Shown here: positions 63,375 through 64,000 of the stretch, piece by piece | How the letters are laid out: each line of letters begins with the position of its first letter | How positions within the stretch are numbered: position 1 is the first letter of the stretch | Origin: Marsupella aquatica | Taxonomy: Eukaryota > Plantae > Marchantiophyta | DNA length: 64,000 bases | Reading direction: 5' to 3' | Assembly (NCBI GenBank): GCA_973895155.1 | Contig: OZ316892.1 | Location: 8,734,148 to 8,798,147, forward strand | The notes under the pieces: generated by a model | The model's input: only the letters and a program-made list of their open reading frames with translations | Databases searched by the model: none | Told to the model about the DNA's origin: nothing | Position numbers and translations under genes: made by a program

Positions 63375-64000
63375 TTAAGTCTAGCCACCGATGAATCGCC
63401 CATAGGCAACGAACAAGTCGTAATCGCGCAAAGACGGAAGTCCGGTTTCGTTTTCCACGCCACGACCCCGATGACGCTTTTAAACTTTAATGTCACAAAA
63501 TTGCGCTCAGAATTTGTCTCAATACAGGAGGCTCCAGGTAAAAACGAGGAATGTAAAGCGGAACCAACGGAACTATGCGTGCAATAGACCCAAGTGATCA
63601 TGAACTAAAAGGCAAGGTACCTTTAAAGGCTTCGGATCCTTCTCGGGATCCTTTCATTTGGAACAAAAAAGATTCTCCAGAAAGTGGAGGAATAGTAGGT
63701 AACGAAGAGACGAAGTGAACTAATTCATACCACAGAAGAGTAATCTATGCAAGGCCGTAAAGTTCTGTATGTTCCGGAACTACTGTAAGAGGCTAACAGG
63801 TCGCTGCCTTGAACATTTAAGCGAGCCGAAAACAGGAGAAGGTACGAGTTCCAGTTATTCAGTTTGCCAAGTAGGCAGGTCGAGTGACTCGTCCAGCCAG
63901 TCGTTGTATCGTTTGCATATCAAGGAAGGTTTACGACGTAAAGGACTTGAGTGGGTACCACAATTAATTACTTGAAATCAACTATGCCCCTACCTGTTAT

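Overview
Eukaryotic nuclear DNA from a land plant, most likely a seed-free one (bryophyte- or lycophyte-like; inferred from gene content, short GT-AG introns and TE types). Eight apparently intact genes: CWF19L2 (+), TOM22/TOM9 (-), a plant Cdc14(SIN)-family protein (-), TRAPPC2/Trs20 (+), an L-type lectin receptor kinase (-), Pol I subunit RPA12 (+), HIRA with an intron-free CDS (+) and a HAK/KUP/KT K+ transporter (-). A ~16 kb TE-rich block (33-49.5 kb) holds a complete Bianca-like Ty1/copia element (identical 133-bp LTRs, half-tRNA-Ile PBS), a solo LTR and MULE-type elements. The window also shows same-orientation segmental duplications with reciprocal decay (remnants of CWF19L2, mnmA, LecRK and HIRA). 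Most striking: TRAPPC2 and RPA12 are unrelated, yet each is followed 11-13 nt after its stop codon by the same ~0.5 kb cassette leading into a HIRA start, dead behind TRAPPC2 and intact behind RPA12. Exon coordinates were read by eye and may be off by a few bases.
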